NCBI GenBank assembly: GCA_043228905.1
Contig: JBHGNT010000009.1
Span: 9,548,001-9,612,000 of the forward strand
Direction of reading: 5' to 3'
DNA length: 64,000 bases
Source of the DNA: Azolla caroliniana
Lineage: Eukaryota; Plantae; Polypodiophyta
The notes beneath the pieces were generated by a model that did not search any database, was not told the DNA's origin, and saw nothing but the letters and a program-made list of their open reading frames with translations. The position numbers were made by a program, and so were the translations under genes. Positions 26,701 through 41,700 of this stretch are shown in pieces (the first letter of the stretch is position 1; each line of letters opens with the position of its first letter).

Positions 26701-29700
26701 TAATATTGAATTCAGAGATTGTTCTGGCTAGAATCCGGAAACTACAGACATATTGATAGAAAATAACATAATTATAATGCTAGCCAGCCAACCTGTTAAT
26801 TGTGTATGACTGTAACTGCAGTAGGTAGTACGAGAGAAGTCAAGTAAGCTACAATCAATAAGCTCAAAGAAGGAAGCATTCTGTTGCATTAAATCTGTCT
26901 AAACAATACAACCAATTGCCATCCCAACCCATATGGAAGTAATGATGAGACTCAATCATTAGGGTCATCCTCGAGTCAAAGATGTTCTCCCATTTTCTTA
27001 AGATTTTTCTCAGATATTTTACTGCTTCTTGAACAAAGGTTAATCTTAACTAGTAAGTTGTATATTCTCCTGAGAGTCCAACCTTCAATGGCTCGTGGAG
27101 ACTAATAATATTGGTGTCAGTTTTATGGCTTCTTGCTCAAGGCAAATAGGCATCGAGCTACCACAACCATATCAAAGGGCAGGAGAGAGTCACATCTCAC
27201 AGAATTATTTCAGAAGCTCACATTTACACTGTCAGAAGCATGTCCTATGCAATTATGAGCATTTGGTCTTGTATGTAAGCATGAGATTATTCCACATAAG
27301 AAACCTTATTATAACTCATCAATTAGACATTAATTTACCAGAATCCTTAATAATAAGCTGTTTGAATGGACTTCCACCAAAGTGTGTATCATTGTATTTC
27401 ACCGAAATACTATAGGTACCATGCTGCAGAACTTTATATGAAGTTTCACATTGTCCAGCATCAAGGCAAACAAATTTTGCAACTGATGCATTAGATCGAG
27501 GTGATATAGACACATGCAACAGGTTCTCTGTTATGCTACTAGGATTTCCATACGAATCGAATAAATAGACCAAAAGAGTATTTAAGCTTCCAACTGCAGC
27601 TAGGCTAGATAAACCAAATCCTGTTACTTGAGATTGAGAAAAGTTTACTTTCCCTGCAAAAGGCAAGCACAACATTACACTAACACATCAAAATATTATA
27701 TGCAATGCTGAACCAATGACACGAACTGTTTCATGGTTTGATTTTGTTGTGGAAAATATTTCACATTTCCGATTCTTCGTTTTGTTTCCTGATTACATTT
27801 CAAGCCATGTCGCTTTAGGAAGCTAGCCATTTTATTTTCAAAAGACATTTTTCTTGATCTTTGTCAAGTCTCACATGCCATTCTAATCTTTTAGAGACAT
27901 TAATATATCTTTCTTTCACCAACAAATAAAGGCCATCATCACCCACCATTGAAGTTACTTCCCTCACATCAGAGATCTTTCCATCTTGGAGCAGCCCATA
28001 TTGGAAATTTTGTGAAGACAAAAGCTTCACTCTATCTATGTTTAGAATCTAAAATTCTTAGATACCAAGATTCTTTAGCACCATGTGGCTAGTTATAATT
28101 ATTTTGGTATGTTGTTCTCATAGATGTAAAAACATTGAAAGATATTAGCTCTTGTTTGGTCTTATTGGCCATTTTGATCTCTTAAGAAAAAAAATAGACA
28201 AAAAAATGAAAGATATATTAACTTCTTTTAAGAGGCCAAAATGGTCTATAAGACCAAACAAGAGATTACATCTTAAAATATTGTCTCATCTTTAAGAAGA
28301 ATAAACCAAAATAAATGTAACTAAGTAAAAAAGTAAATAGAAATAGAATGATTATTGTGATCTATACATGTAAGTTTCTTAAGTCAGATATACTGTAATT
28401 TTGTCTTTAAAAGATCTATAAAAGGAGGGAATTACCTCCGATGGCAGGAGACAATGGCCTTTATTTGTCAATAACAAGGGTAGGAAAATTGTGGTCTACA
28501 AGACTAGGGCTCGCATGCATGACAACTTGCCACAATGTGATCTATTGAAACCCCTTTGCAATATTGTAGTGGGGAGAACCATTTGTGAGCCCTTGATTGG
28601 CTTGTATTGCTGATGAACTTAAGGAGCCCCCATTTGTGATTCTTCTTTGTTGATGAACTTGAGTGGCTGAATTGCTGTCCTTCAAGAGATACTTAATATA
28701 GCTTTCTTTGTTTGTGTAAAGGCCTTTTATTCCGATTTAAAAGGAATGATAAATTAGATTTAACTAATTGCCATTAATTGAAAAGAGGATGGCTGATAAA
28801 ATTTTGATGGTGGTTCAAAAGAAAGAAAGATATATTAACATCTTTTAAGAGGCCAAAATGGTCTCTAAGTCCAAACAAGAGATTACATCTTAAGTGTCGT
28901 CTCATTGAGAACAACAAATCAAAATAAAATTAATATTACTAAGTAAATATAAATATAAATAAGAGAAAAAAGGGACTAAAGAATCTGGATTTCAGCACAA
29001 GTAAGATTCTCAAGTTAGATATATTATAACTTTTGCCTTCGAAATATCTCTAAGATAGGTCGACCCATAAATGGAGAGGTTTTTGACGTGAGGAAAGCAC
29101 ATGCGATGGCGGGAGATAATGACCTTTATCTGTCGATGACAAAGGTGGTGAGGTTGAGGTTCATGGGGCTGGAGCCTACATGCACAACAAATTGTTATTG
29201 CCCAATCTATTCTAACCCCTTTGTTATGTCCTGGTCGAGAGCCCATTTGCGTATCCCCAAAGATGGGGCTAAAGAAAGTTGTGATTGTTATTGTGGATGG
29301 GCTTGTGTGGTTTTACTATTGTCCTTCAACAACTTGTCCCTATGTATCTTGAGTTCTAGCGAAAAAGTCCTAGGCACCATTAGTCCCCATATTCCATTAT
29401 CTTGTGTAGTGGGCCAAATCCTTATTTAGAGAGGCAATGGTATTTGCCTCTTATTTCTTAAAAAACACTACAATGACAAACATAAAGTTCTTCATATTCC
29501 ACTCCTTGATGCCACAATTGGCAAATTCATGTGTATCTATCTACCTACCTCAATCTCTGACTGATGTGTTGAAGTTCACAACTGCCCTATAACACTGCAC
29601 AACACATAGGACAGATGTATGTCCATATAAGGTGGCCTAGTGATGAATCCATCCTCCGATGTTAGTAAAAAATGTGTCTTGTAGTGGGTCATCTTCGTAC

Positions 29701-32700
29701 CAAGTGGTATTTTGGGGCTGATCCATGTTATCTTGTTTTCCAAGTTAATAATATCAGTTCAAATCACTCTATTCTTTTCCACTTTGGTCATATTTAGATA
29801 GGGACTGTCCAAGCTATATTGGAACGGGGGTAGTGCACTTATGCTTATGTCATGTAGCTTGAACCATTGTTGCATTTCAGGATACCAACAATAAATGTCT
29901 CCATTTTCAGCCAGTTGTCTTAATGGCATAAGTGCCGACATTGGGTACCTTCATTTAGGAAGCTCCCAAAGACGTTGGATACAGATCACTGATCAGAACA
30001 ATACCTCAATGATTATAGGGGCTACTCCCATCTCTACCCTCTCCAAATATTTCCAATGATTTTCCGTGCTAAGATACAGTCCCCACATTTCTGCTCCATA
30101 GAGAAGAGTTGGTATGACAAATGTATCAAATAACCACAGCTTAGTTCGTGGCACTTGGAATTGCAAAAGTGCACATTGTCTATCGAGAGCAACAAGGGCT
30201 GGATATCCACGAGAAAGTCGGGCACAAGCAGCTCCCGTAAGGAGAACCGAGGCCCTGTAAATGTTACTCCTAGGTATGTGTAAGGAGTGTTTGTAGTCCA
30301 CCTTTTCCTGTCCCAAGAAGAATTCTAGTTCTGATCTTGTTACCCATGCTTGAGTGGTGTTAAAAACCATCACTTTAATTTGATCCATGTTTACTGACAA
30401 ACTTTTGTCCATACGAAATAGTTTCAAGGCATTAAGATGTCTTTGACGTCCCTCTGAAGAGTCAGAAATTAGCACAATATCATCAGTATATAGTAATATT
30501 TGTATAGCTATACCTTCTAGGCATGCTCCCGAACCCCCGAATTTCTCTATGTAATATGATACCTGACCTACATAGACACCTAAGAGAGTGGGTGATAGTG
30601 GACATCCTTGCTTCACTCTGATTGTGCTAGCCACCGCCTCTGACAAACCAATGGAAGACCGCACTTAAAGATTAGAGAGTGGGTGATTGTGGACATCCTT
30701 GCTTCACTCTGATTGTGCTAGCCACCACCTCTAATAAACCAATGGAAGACCGCACTTAAAGATAAGTAGCACAGTGCACTCACTAAAATATTCTTTAGTT
30801 TTATGTAAGCATCAAAAGATCTTAGAAGTAGAATAACCTGGAATTATTGTGATTTCAAAAGGGCTTCCTGGAATTGGGAGTTCAGTGACTGCAGTTTGAA
30901 CAATAATTGTTAAGGAGTATATTTGCGCAATTGTGGTCTTATATGAAATCAAAAAAATGCCCGACTGATTTTGGGAAACTTGAGACACGGACGTGATGTT
31001 GGGAGTAAAGACAAGAGAGATTGAAAATTTATCTTTAGAGTTGACATTGTTATAATCATCATACGGTATGATATGAAAACTGAGAGCCTCCCCAGCATCT
31101 CCTCCCTGTAAACCAGAACCAAAAGCCTTGCATTTCCACAATGAGATAGGTCCTATGCAAAAATAAATCAATAATTAGAAGCTAAACGCATGCTGTAATA
31201 CTTGTATCAGGCATTGCATGATTCAACGAGATTATGTGAAAACAGTAAAATGTAAAAGCTACATCCATGTAATGAAGTCTAAAATCTGCACCAGCATCAG
31301 CACCATCATGAACCAGATATTAGAAATATACATCAACACAAGACATAGCACATGTTAAGCATCAAGTTTATAAGTTAATCTGGTAAAAAGTTTGCAAACG
31401 AAATACATACATACAGTGCTAAAGCAAAACTTCGTTTCTTCGTAACAAGGAAGATGTCATTACAAACTGAAGTCAGAATGATAAAACCAGAAAACTACAA
31501 AGTCCAATGATACAGTGGATGAAAGTTAGACAGTAATCAGCACTACCACCTTTCCAGTTCGACATGAAGGTAGTCTCTTACTTGGGCTATTGACCACCAT
31601 GAATGAAGCAAAGGGCAATTAGAAAAGACAATATGAGATTGGATACACACAACATTGCAGAGACCATGCATAAAAAATAACAATGATGATGGCTTTCTAC
31701 AGAGTAAATCCTCTGACAGTAGCAGAAAGTGGCTTCCTGTTTGACCATGCCACATGAAGACTTCTCTCCTGAGTCCGATCATTTGATTCATTTCATGGAT
31801 CATGGATGATTAGCCATCTACATAAATCATCCCTCTGCCTTAAGTGGTTACTTTCTGGTAACCTTCATAGTAAGCACACACTAGTAGACGCTATCTTGCT
31901 AGGTTTCCAAGGTGAGCCAGAGTTGCAGGAGCACTACACATCTAGATGTATCACGAAATAAGAGACAAGTATAGAAACCTCTTCAGAGTGAAGCCAATTT
32001 CCACAGAGCTAACAATAGACTCCAATACTGTTGGATGCTCATAGATTCCTAACCTTATAATTGCACAATCTGGGCACATTTTGTCAGAAAAAGCTTTTTC
32101 TTCAATAGCGATAGAACTTTGATAAGTTTCATCCAAACTGCACACGACTTTATACCAGAACAGTTCTTAAGTTTCCTCTTAATTTTGAATTGTGTTTTCA
32201 GTTTGATAATGAAAATATGAATCCTATCAAGTTGAACTCTTTTCTGGAAAAACCTTATAAAGAAATAGTCTTTTTCTTGGACTGCTATGTGTCATTTATG
32301 AATAATTGTATTTCTTTTGATAAAATAATATATAATCACCTGCATAAATATATTTCTTCCCCTGATAGAGGAGCACAGACATTAATCTTACAAGCACTGT
32401 ATATTGACCAGCTACGTAAGTTCGATATGCAACAACAAATGTACCAGGGTATCCTTCTACAAGAGATGTGTTCACAACTAAAGCAAGAGAGCTTTTAGTA
32501 ACTATAGTAACATTAAGAAGATTCAAATCTGATACAATAGGATTGCCAACTCGATCACGTGCTTTTATAATAAAACTTGAGACATCGCCAATGTAAGAGT
32601 CATTGAGACCATTTCCTGTGAAACTGCTTTTATTTTTGTTAGGTAAACCTGGAACATGACAATTTCTCTAAATTTATCATCCTTGTTTTACATGGTAATA

Positions 32701-35700
32701 GCACATGGAATACTGCACTTAAACATATGAATACAGATTGGATGATAAATTTCTCTAAATTTATCATCCAATCAGTATTTATGGAAATAGCACATAGAAT
32801 ACTGTGACATTCACACTCACTACTTTCCACATCATTGAATATTTCATGTAATTATCAGAGAATGTTTGGTTCAAGGCCATTATAAATTACCTTGATGGTA
32901 ATGTTAAGACATAGTCAGGCAATTGATCCCTCATCACCCGAGGTCTTAAGTTGTTAGATGCAAAGATTCAGCCAAAAATGGATGATGCCTTCATACACCA
33001 ATTCCCCTTCATTTCCTATCAATCCATCATTTTTTTTGCCCTCTTAGTCTCTCATCATGATTTGCTTTAAAAACAGCTGGAATTGAGATCATATAAAGGC
33101 TCCAAAGCCACTAGAAAGTGGAGAAATCCTGGTTCCCATCTACTCAAGGAGGTTGAGGCCTCCTTGCCGTATAGATAGTCTTTATGCATATGCATATGGG
33201 CAATCGATCCTTACACACTCCAGTAAATCCACTCAAAATGCAAGGAATCCTGATTCCCATACACTCAAAGAGAAGTCTTATCTCACATCCACTTTTGACG
33301 GCGTCAATAGTTGCAATTTTCCATTAGAAGAGGTCTTATTGTTGCTTCAACAAGGTCTTCGACATCATACCATGTGCTCTGCTCACATGAAGAGACTATG
33401 CAAATGTAAAATTTATATGTGCTCTGTATAGGCTATGTGATGCAGTATTTAGAATTTTTGAATATCACTCTCATGCACACTGTTTATTATGTATATTGAT
33501 GGGTATTCGACTACACAAATGCATTGGATGCATGTATTGTGGGAATATATTTACATGCATACTACTACAGACTGATGATATTGGATGATGTCAGATTTTT
33601 CCACAAAGATCACAGACCCCCAGATGCTTTAAATCCAATTGTAAACCCAAAGCATTGTTAATGAACTTTGACAAAACTTCACTCATCATGTTTAACACCA
33701 CGTTGAAATCAGTCAAACAGTGATCAAGAGCAACGAATACAAATGCCCAGATCTCAAGAAGAATGCTACATTAACATACATGAGAAAGTGGGTGTGGTGC
33801 GTATGTGCATACAAGGATCTAGACAATTAGCATCAGATTCATGGTCTAAGGTTCGTTGAGGATGTGTAGTCTCTTCACATAGCCTTGCATTTGCTTGACC
33901 TTCTGCATCAGAATTCCCCCCCATATATAGAACCTTCAGGAGGCTTGTGGTTGTTAATCATCATTTGGATGATGATTCAATGGGTCTCCCTCTTCAGCTC
34001 TAGCTTCCCCACACTATCTATACTTTCACAAGTCTCACAATTGTTTCATGTTTCTATATCCTAAATACATGGATATTTGATTAATCTTTGTAAACAGATC
34101 ATTCTGCAAGCTTCCCTCCTTTTTATCTATAGAAATTTGTAAAGTTCACTGAATCAAGAAAAATTACTGGAATGTTGACTAAATCATGAACGTCATATTA
34201 AAGTGCACACACTGACCTGTCACATAAGAAAAGGAAAAGGGAGAACCCAGTATATTGACTAAAACATTTCCAACTTGAAGCCAGTATTCCCCAGGCTTTT
34301 GTAAAGAAAATGTTAACTTCTGCTTCTCAATATTTGAATTTGGCATTGCTACAATAAGCATATCGCGGACAGGAATCGGTGCAGAGGACTGCTTTGTAAA
34401 TATTTGGGCTGAAAAATTACAGCTGCATGAATGACTATTACTCCTGAAAATTTCATTACCAAACATGTCTCGAGGAGTTATTATAAATTCTGCCATGCCA
34501 TTAACTTCAAAAGTATTTCTATCATATTGCCATCCTCCAAGAGAATTAATAGTTGAAACAGCTCCTATAAAGAAAGTTCCAGAAAAAAATGAGATAGAAA
34601 GCAGAGACAAAAGAAGAGGTCATCATTGAAACATCCCGTGCCAACTTTTTTAAATTGCATCTTTGAAATACTAACAGAACTCAATCGAACAGCTCATTAT
34701 CTCCTTATCCTTAAGACCAGTATGGTAACGGCATGTGAAGAGTTGGCAGTATTATTCCTTTTTCTGTTAGCTATTCATAGCATATCATTCCTTTACTTAA
34801 CATATGGTAATAGCACTATATTTTATTGCATATACAAATATTAAACATTTAAGAACAAAGATCTAATTTCAATGTTTTGAAACCATGCAATTCCTAAAAT
34901 TCTCAGAGAATCCCATGCAACATCCTCTTTACCTATAAAGCAAACTAAACCCAAGAGCAGAAATACGTTAGATTTCTTTTTTTAAGCTATATCGATAACA
35001 GAATTCTGCTCCAGCATTAATTATCCATGATGTGCCATTACATTATAAGCATATCATGATTTGTGTTTTGATGCAATCCAATCAAAGCTAATCAACGTGA
35101 ATACATTATATAGTCTTTGGTTGCAATTGCTTATACAAGATTTTTTGATTTGGTGACATTTTAAAATGTTCACTAGAATCTATAGCAAGCACTTTTATGG
35201 AAGCCGTTCCATGTTATAAAATATTGAGGACTTCCATAAAATTCAAACAAAAATTCTATACGCAACATATATTTATTGGAATAGTATCATCAACCTGATT
35301 CAATGTATACTTGAAATGGGCTTCCAGGAATAGAATATGTAATGTTGAAAATTTTTGCCAAAATTGTTACGTTATAAGGATTCAAGAGTGCTTTGGTAAT
35401 CCGATACTTCATTGTTACTGAACTGTTTTTTGTTGTTGTCTCATGTGAAGTTAACATGTTCGGGGTAAATGTGATTGAAACATTAGCTTGCCCTTCTGGA
35501 TTAGCGTTGTTCAGAGCATCATAAAAGGAAATTGTAAATTCCAAGTATCCTCCAGCGACACCCCTCTCTATACCAGAGCCAATAACTTTTGTATTTGCTA
35601 GGTATACAGGCCCTGTTATACATCATATCTTATCAGTAAAAAATAAGGGCCAGCACACGAGCGAGAATAAGATCTAAAATACACAAATAAGTTTCTGTAA

Positions 35701-38700
35701 AGCATAAAAATGCATTAAGTTACCAGTACAATTAGACAGGATAACAAGGTTGTATGTCATATCATGCATGGTGTGTGAACTTATTGTTTGTTAACACTAC
35801 TTATTAAAGTACATGTCTATGGATGCAGAAATGCAAGTACAAAATGTTACCTGGAAACACAGATTTGTATATAGCCGGGACAGAATGCAAAGGGACCCCC
35901 CGCCATCTTATCCGTAAAACATATTGCCCAGCAACCTTTGCAACGAAAGACACATTGAAAAGACCTTTCATATCAGGAACTAAAGTTATGTTTTTTGGCA
36001 GTTCTAATTGATCTCCAAACCTCAATATTGAAACTGTGATTGAGGTATTTGACGAGTCAGTAGGATACCCAGATTTATCTCGTAACTGAACTTCAAAAAC
36101 TGAAATATCACCAGCAATAGAATTGTTTAAACCTTTCCCATGAAGTGTGGTTTTAGTTGGATCCACAGCACCTGTCATAAGAATAATGAATTATCATCAT
36201 AAAGGAAGATATACAGCAAAGCAATGATCAAAATTGCCAAAATATTACATGTGACCATGTCTGGTTAGTTACCAAACTGATTTTTATAATAAAGAATGAG
36301 AAGAAAGAAAGAAAGAAAGATATATTAACGTCTTTTAAGACGCCAAAATGGCCTATAAGACCAAACAAGAGATTACATCTTAAGTGTTGTCTCGTCTTTG
36401 AGAACAAATCAAAATAAAATAAATATTACACAGTAACTATAAACGTAAATAAGATAAAAAGAAAAGAAACGAGGGAATCTGTTTTTTGGCACATGTGAGA
36501 TTCTCAAGTTAGGTATATTGTTGCTTTTGTCTTCGAAAAATCTCTACAATAGGTCGATCCAACATAGAAATGTCTCCGAAGCAAGGGAAGCACCTACGAT
36601 TGCGGGCGATAATGGATTTTATCTGTCGATGGCAAGGGTGTTGAGGTCGTGGTCCATGGGGCCAGGGCCTATGTGCACGGCAAATTGCTATTGCCCGAAT
36701 AATTATAACCCCGTTGTTATGTCCTGGTCTGGAGCCCATTTGTGTATCCCATGATTGACTTGTAGCATCAGTAGGAGTGATGGGGCTAAAGAAAGTTGTG
36801 ATTGTTCTTTGTGGATGAGCTTGTGTGGCTGTATTCTTCAACAACTTTTCCCAATGTCTCTTAAGCTCTAGCCAGAAAAATCCTAGGCATCATTAGTTCT
36901 CATATTCCATTACCTTGTGTAGTGGGCCAAAGCCTTGTTTAAAGAGGCAATTGTATCTCCCTCTAATTTCATAAAAGACACTACAATGACAAACATAGTG
37001 TTCTTCAGATTCCATTCCTTGATGACACAATTGGCCAATTCTATCTTCTAGAGGTAGTCGTGTATATCTGCCTACCTCAATCTGTAACTGATGCGATGAA
37101 GTTCGCAGCTGCCCTATCACACTACGCAATGCATAGGATAGATGTATGTCCATATAAGGTGGCCTGATGATGAATCCATCCTCCGTTGTGTGTAAGAAGT
37201 GTGTCTTATAGTGGGCCATCTTTGTACCAAGTGGTATTTTGGGGCTAATCCATGTTATTTTGTTTTCCAAGTTAATAATATCAATTCGGATCACTGCATT
37301 TATACTCATGCCATGTGACTCGAACCATTGCTGCATTTCAGCATACCAACAATGAGTGTCTCCATTTTCAGCCAGTTGTCTTGATGACATAAGTGCCAAC
37401 CTTGGGTACCTTCGTTTAGGGAGCTCCCAAAGACGTTGGATAAATGTCACTGATCGGAACATGCCTCGGTTATTATAGGTGCTGCTCCCATCTCTGCCCG
37501 GATTATATCGTGGGGCACCGATGCTTTGCTCCTTATCGTGCAAGCAATCATTGACACTAAAGGTCTCTCTAAATCTTTCCAATGATTTGCCTTGTTAAGA
37601 CTTGGTTCCCATGTTTCTACTCCATAGAGAAGAGTTGGTGTGACAAGTGTATGAAATAACCACAGCTTAGTTTGTGGCTCTTGGAACTGCAAATGTGCAC
37701 ATTGTCTCTCGAGAGCACCAAGGCCTGCATATCCACGAGAAAGTCGGGCACAAGCAGCCTCTTGTAAGGAGAACCTAGGCCCTGTAAATGTTACTCCTAG
37801 GTATGTGTAGGAGCATGTGTATTCCACCTTTTCCTCTCCCAAGAAGATACCTTATCATTTATATATAATGCTACTCCTTTTATAATGCATAGATATACAA
37901 AATTTCTTCACATTAGGAATGAGGGCTGCAGTTTATATTCTAAATTTCCCACAGTCAAGAATAAGTGCAGATGCATAAATAAAGAAAGATAAATTAACGC
38001 TTCTAAAGGACTATAATGAACTACAAAGATTATAGTCATGTAGCACTTGTGCACCCTCCAGAAATGGCTATAATAGACTACAAAAGTTATAGAGAGGGAT
38101 CAGTTAGGTCATTATTTGACCTTCAGCCAACAGTCAAGTCATCACAAGAAGAAATTATCGCCAGTTTGGGAAGTCTCCAAGAATCACAGTGCTAGACCAA
38201 TCTTACATTTTGGCAAATTTCAAACAAAGAAACCCCTTATTAGTCACCAGCAACAAACAGAACGAAGATTCAGATATCTCGCTATTCCAAGAAGCTCATG
38301 CACTAAATAGGGGAATGCAGATAAAGTATAAGCCACCATGGAGTCCTCAACTGGAGAATTCAAGCCAGTTTATTTTCAGAAAAATCATTATTCTCCATGC
38401 ACAGCTAATGATCAATAACAACAGATTTTTATTATGAATAATTAAAGAGTTTATAAAATATTTTTTAATATATCACTAACGAATATACCTGCAATATAAT
38501 GGAACGGGAATGGAGATCCAGGCAAATGATCTACTCCCTGACTAAAGGCCAATAAATATTTACCAACATGATCCATTGAAAACGAGACTTCAAAATTTCC
38601 AAGTGCACTTTTTGTATAGTTCATTTGCATGTTAGGAACTGATAAAAGAATATCTGGAGCTTTGTAGACCTGTATTGAAATATTGTATGAACTTGAAACA

Positions 38701-41700
38701 CTCTCCTTCAGAATATTTCCTCCTAAATCTTTCAATGTAAGATAAAATCTGGCTATTCCAGGTGGTTGAAAATCATTCATATCATCCTCCCACTGACCAG
38801 TACTATGTTGAAGAGAAAAAGGCCCTGGATGATAATTGCATAGCTACTCATCAGATTAGTATAATAAGGTACTATGCAATACAAGAAAGTCAGTTTCATG
38901 CAAATTCTAATGCAGATTAATATTAGCATATCATCAAACCCTTTTATCAATTACAGTGAAGTATACATGCTAGTATAAATTTCCTCAATATCAAACCTGT
39001 AACATTATACTTAAAAGCACCTAATGTTGAATTCAACATTGAGTAAGACATTGCTAGACAGAAATCAGCATGGTCATCATATTTGCCACCTGTTTAATTA
39101 CTTTGATGAAAGAGGGAGAGATTTAAGAACTCAGACAGACAATTGACCTGGAATCACACTAAAAGAGATGGGTGAATTAGATATATTCCCGTTTGTTGTT
39201 GCCACTTCCAACAAAAACTTTCCTATAAGACTTGGCCGCATGGTAATTGACCAGTAACCTTTGGTTTTTTCCGGTACAATAGACATATTTAAGTTTATTC
39301 TTGATCCCATTGTGAGTGCATCCATGTGGAGCACTTTGAAAACAAACTCACTTGATGTATTTCTGGCATCGATAGTATTATCGTAAGAATCTTTTGACCA
39401 AATTCCCAAAGAAGCAACAATCCCTGCTTTCAGAACACTTGTATTCATCTCCCAAAAAGCATATGTATTTGATAGTGAAAGGGCACCTGTTACTTCCAGA
39501 ACAATAAGGCTGTGTAATTCATACCAATATTACATAACATCGTACCATCAATTATTTATTTCCTACCAGGAATCACTGTAAATGGAAAAGGTGATGATCG
39601 CAAAGTTCTCTTTCCATCTCCAACAAATAATAGATAGTGCCCAGCCATTTCTGGAACCAACTTAATATAATGATAACCTGCAGCTAGGTTTGCTTCCTGA
39701 GTGGTTTTAACACGAATTTCCTCACTTCGAAGTGCATCAATAACTTTTGTTATATAATTTGCAGTTTGGTCAAATACACCTGTTGAATGACTGATATTGT
39801 TACCAAATGCATCCATCTGCAAAATTCTCAATTCCAACATATTCCCTGCTATAGAGATATTGAAAGAATTTTCCCATTCAGCTAAACAATCTGGTAAGGA
39901 CAGTGCGGCTGTTTCATAAATACAAATTGATGTGGGTGAAAGCTGGCACATATGCTTTCATACTAAAGAAAAACTAAAATGTACGTCATTACAAAAAACT
40001 AATTTAATGGAAAGAAAAGGATTAGAAGCATGACTATAATTATATTAATTAGATATTCTATTATATTTCAGAATCCAAACATGTACAGAGGACACGCTCA
40101 ACCTGCTCTGACAGAGAAAGGAATTGGTGCATTTGAGATGGATTCTTTTGTCGATCCAACATTCAGGTAGTAATTTCCTGCTTCTTTAGTCACCAATTGA
40201 ATCAACATGTAATCATTCTCGGACCCAGGGGACACTTTAATAGGCATGTTCTGGACCGTCATTCCAAATCTCGTTTGCACACTGACAATGAATGGGAACG
40301 AAGTATTGAATTCATTTCCATATTTATCAGTTACAATCACATTTAAACTGGCTGTCATTCCCGCATTAAATTCATTAACATTCTGAATCCACCTTCCTTT
40401 GCATGCAGGAGTATATATTGGACCTATTTTCATAGGAAAATAAAAAACATGTTTCATGAGAATTTGATTCAGAACATAAATAACTTCAAAGTGAGCTCAA
40501 CATCTTGAGATGGTCATGATGTTAAAACAAGTTGAATGTCTACCTGGAAAAACTCTAAAGAAAAAAGGAGAATTCCTTATAACTGCTGCCCCTTTGCCAA
40601 TTTGCAGGTTAAAAGAGCCTGATAAAGTAGAAGCAAACTGTATAGTCTGAATTCCTGTTACAAAATCTACCGCAGCAGCTGCTTTCAATGGAACAGACTC
40701 GTTATTCAGTCTGCTAAATTTGGCATCAAGGTTTATTGCATCACTTCGACCATTCTGAAGACTTACAATATTACCATTTGAATCTCTTTGGGTGACAAGA
40801 AACTTGGCCACATCTCCCGCACTAAAATCATTGAAAAATTGCCATGTGCCTGTGCATAAGGTTATATCAATTGCACCTGAAAAGAACTTTTCAGTCACTT
40901 GAAGAGATGAATACACTACTCTTGACTGATAAGCAGAAGCATTGTAGGCTTACCTGGAATAACTTTGAAAAAGAATGGCGATCCACTTATTTGTTCTCCT
41001 AGGGCATTGCCCACATAAATATTAAATTCACCCACCAAAGTCAGGTTAAAGGAAAACTTTTGAACTCCGTTAGCTTCCACACTAACAGAAAACTTCAAAG
41101 GCACATTGACTCCAGAAGCTCGTGTAGTTACCTTTACTAGAAAGTTGAATGGCATACTAGAATATGCATTACCACTGGAATCCTTTTGAAATATTTTGAG
41201 GGTAGCTACATTTCCTGCTACGAATGTGTTGACTGAACCAGGCCAAACAGCAGTACAACTTTTTATTGATATAGGTCCTGCACAAGTTACAGCCCCTAAT
41301 CATTGCATGCAATGTTGACAATACTCCTCTTACATTCTAAACTTCACCTTCACAATCATCAAAAAGAGAAACAATGTAATAATGTTTTGAGGAAGCATAT
41401 GATCCAGAATTGCACAATAGCACCACATAATGGCCCCAAAGTGGTGGAATAGAAGCGCCTATAAGAGGCAAGTTCCTGATCTAGGAATCAAGATAGCAGT
41501 GCCCAATTTCACTCTACGTCCCATAACCGTGGTTATTCCCTCCTATTTTATTTACAACAGAGCTTATATTAACTGCATATAAAGTCCATCAGGATTTCCG
41601 TGTGGCATGCTTTTGAGGAAACTATGAACTTAATACATAAAGCCACCCAAAAGTCAAGGAGGCTCTAGTCACAAGTGAGCTACCTAAAAGACTCAGAGCT

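Noticed and set aside
32655-32810. ~55-bp duplication next to the exon 13 acceptor as an alternative exon
   Set aside because: The second copy does not include the acceptor AG or coding sequence
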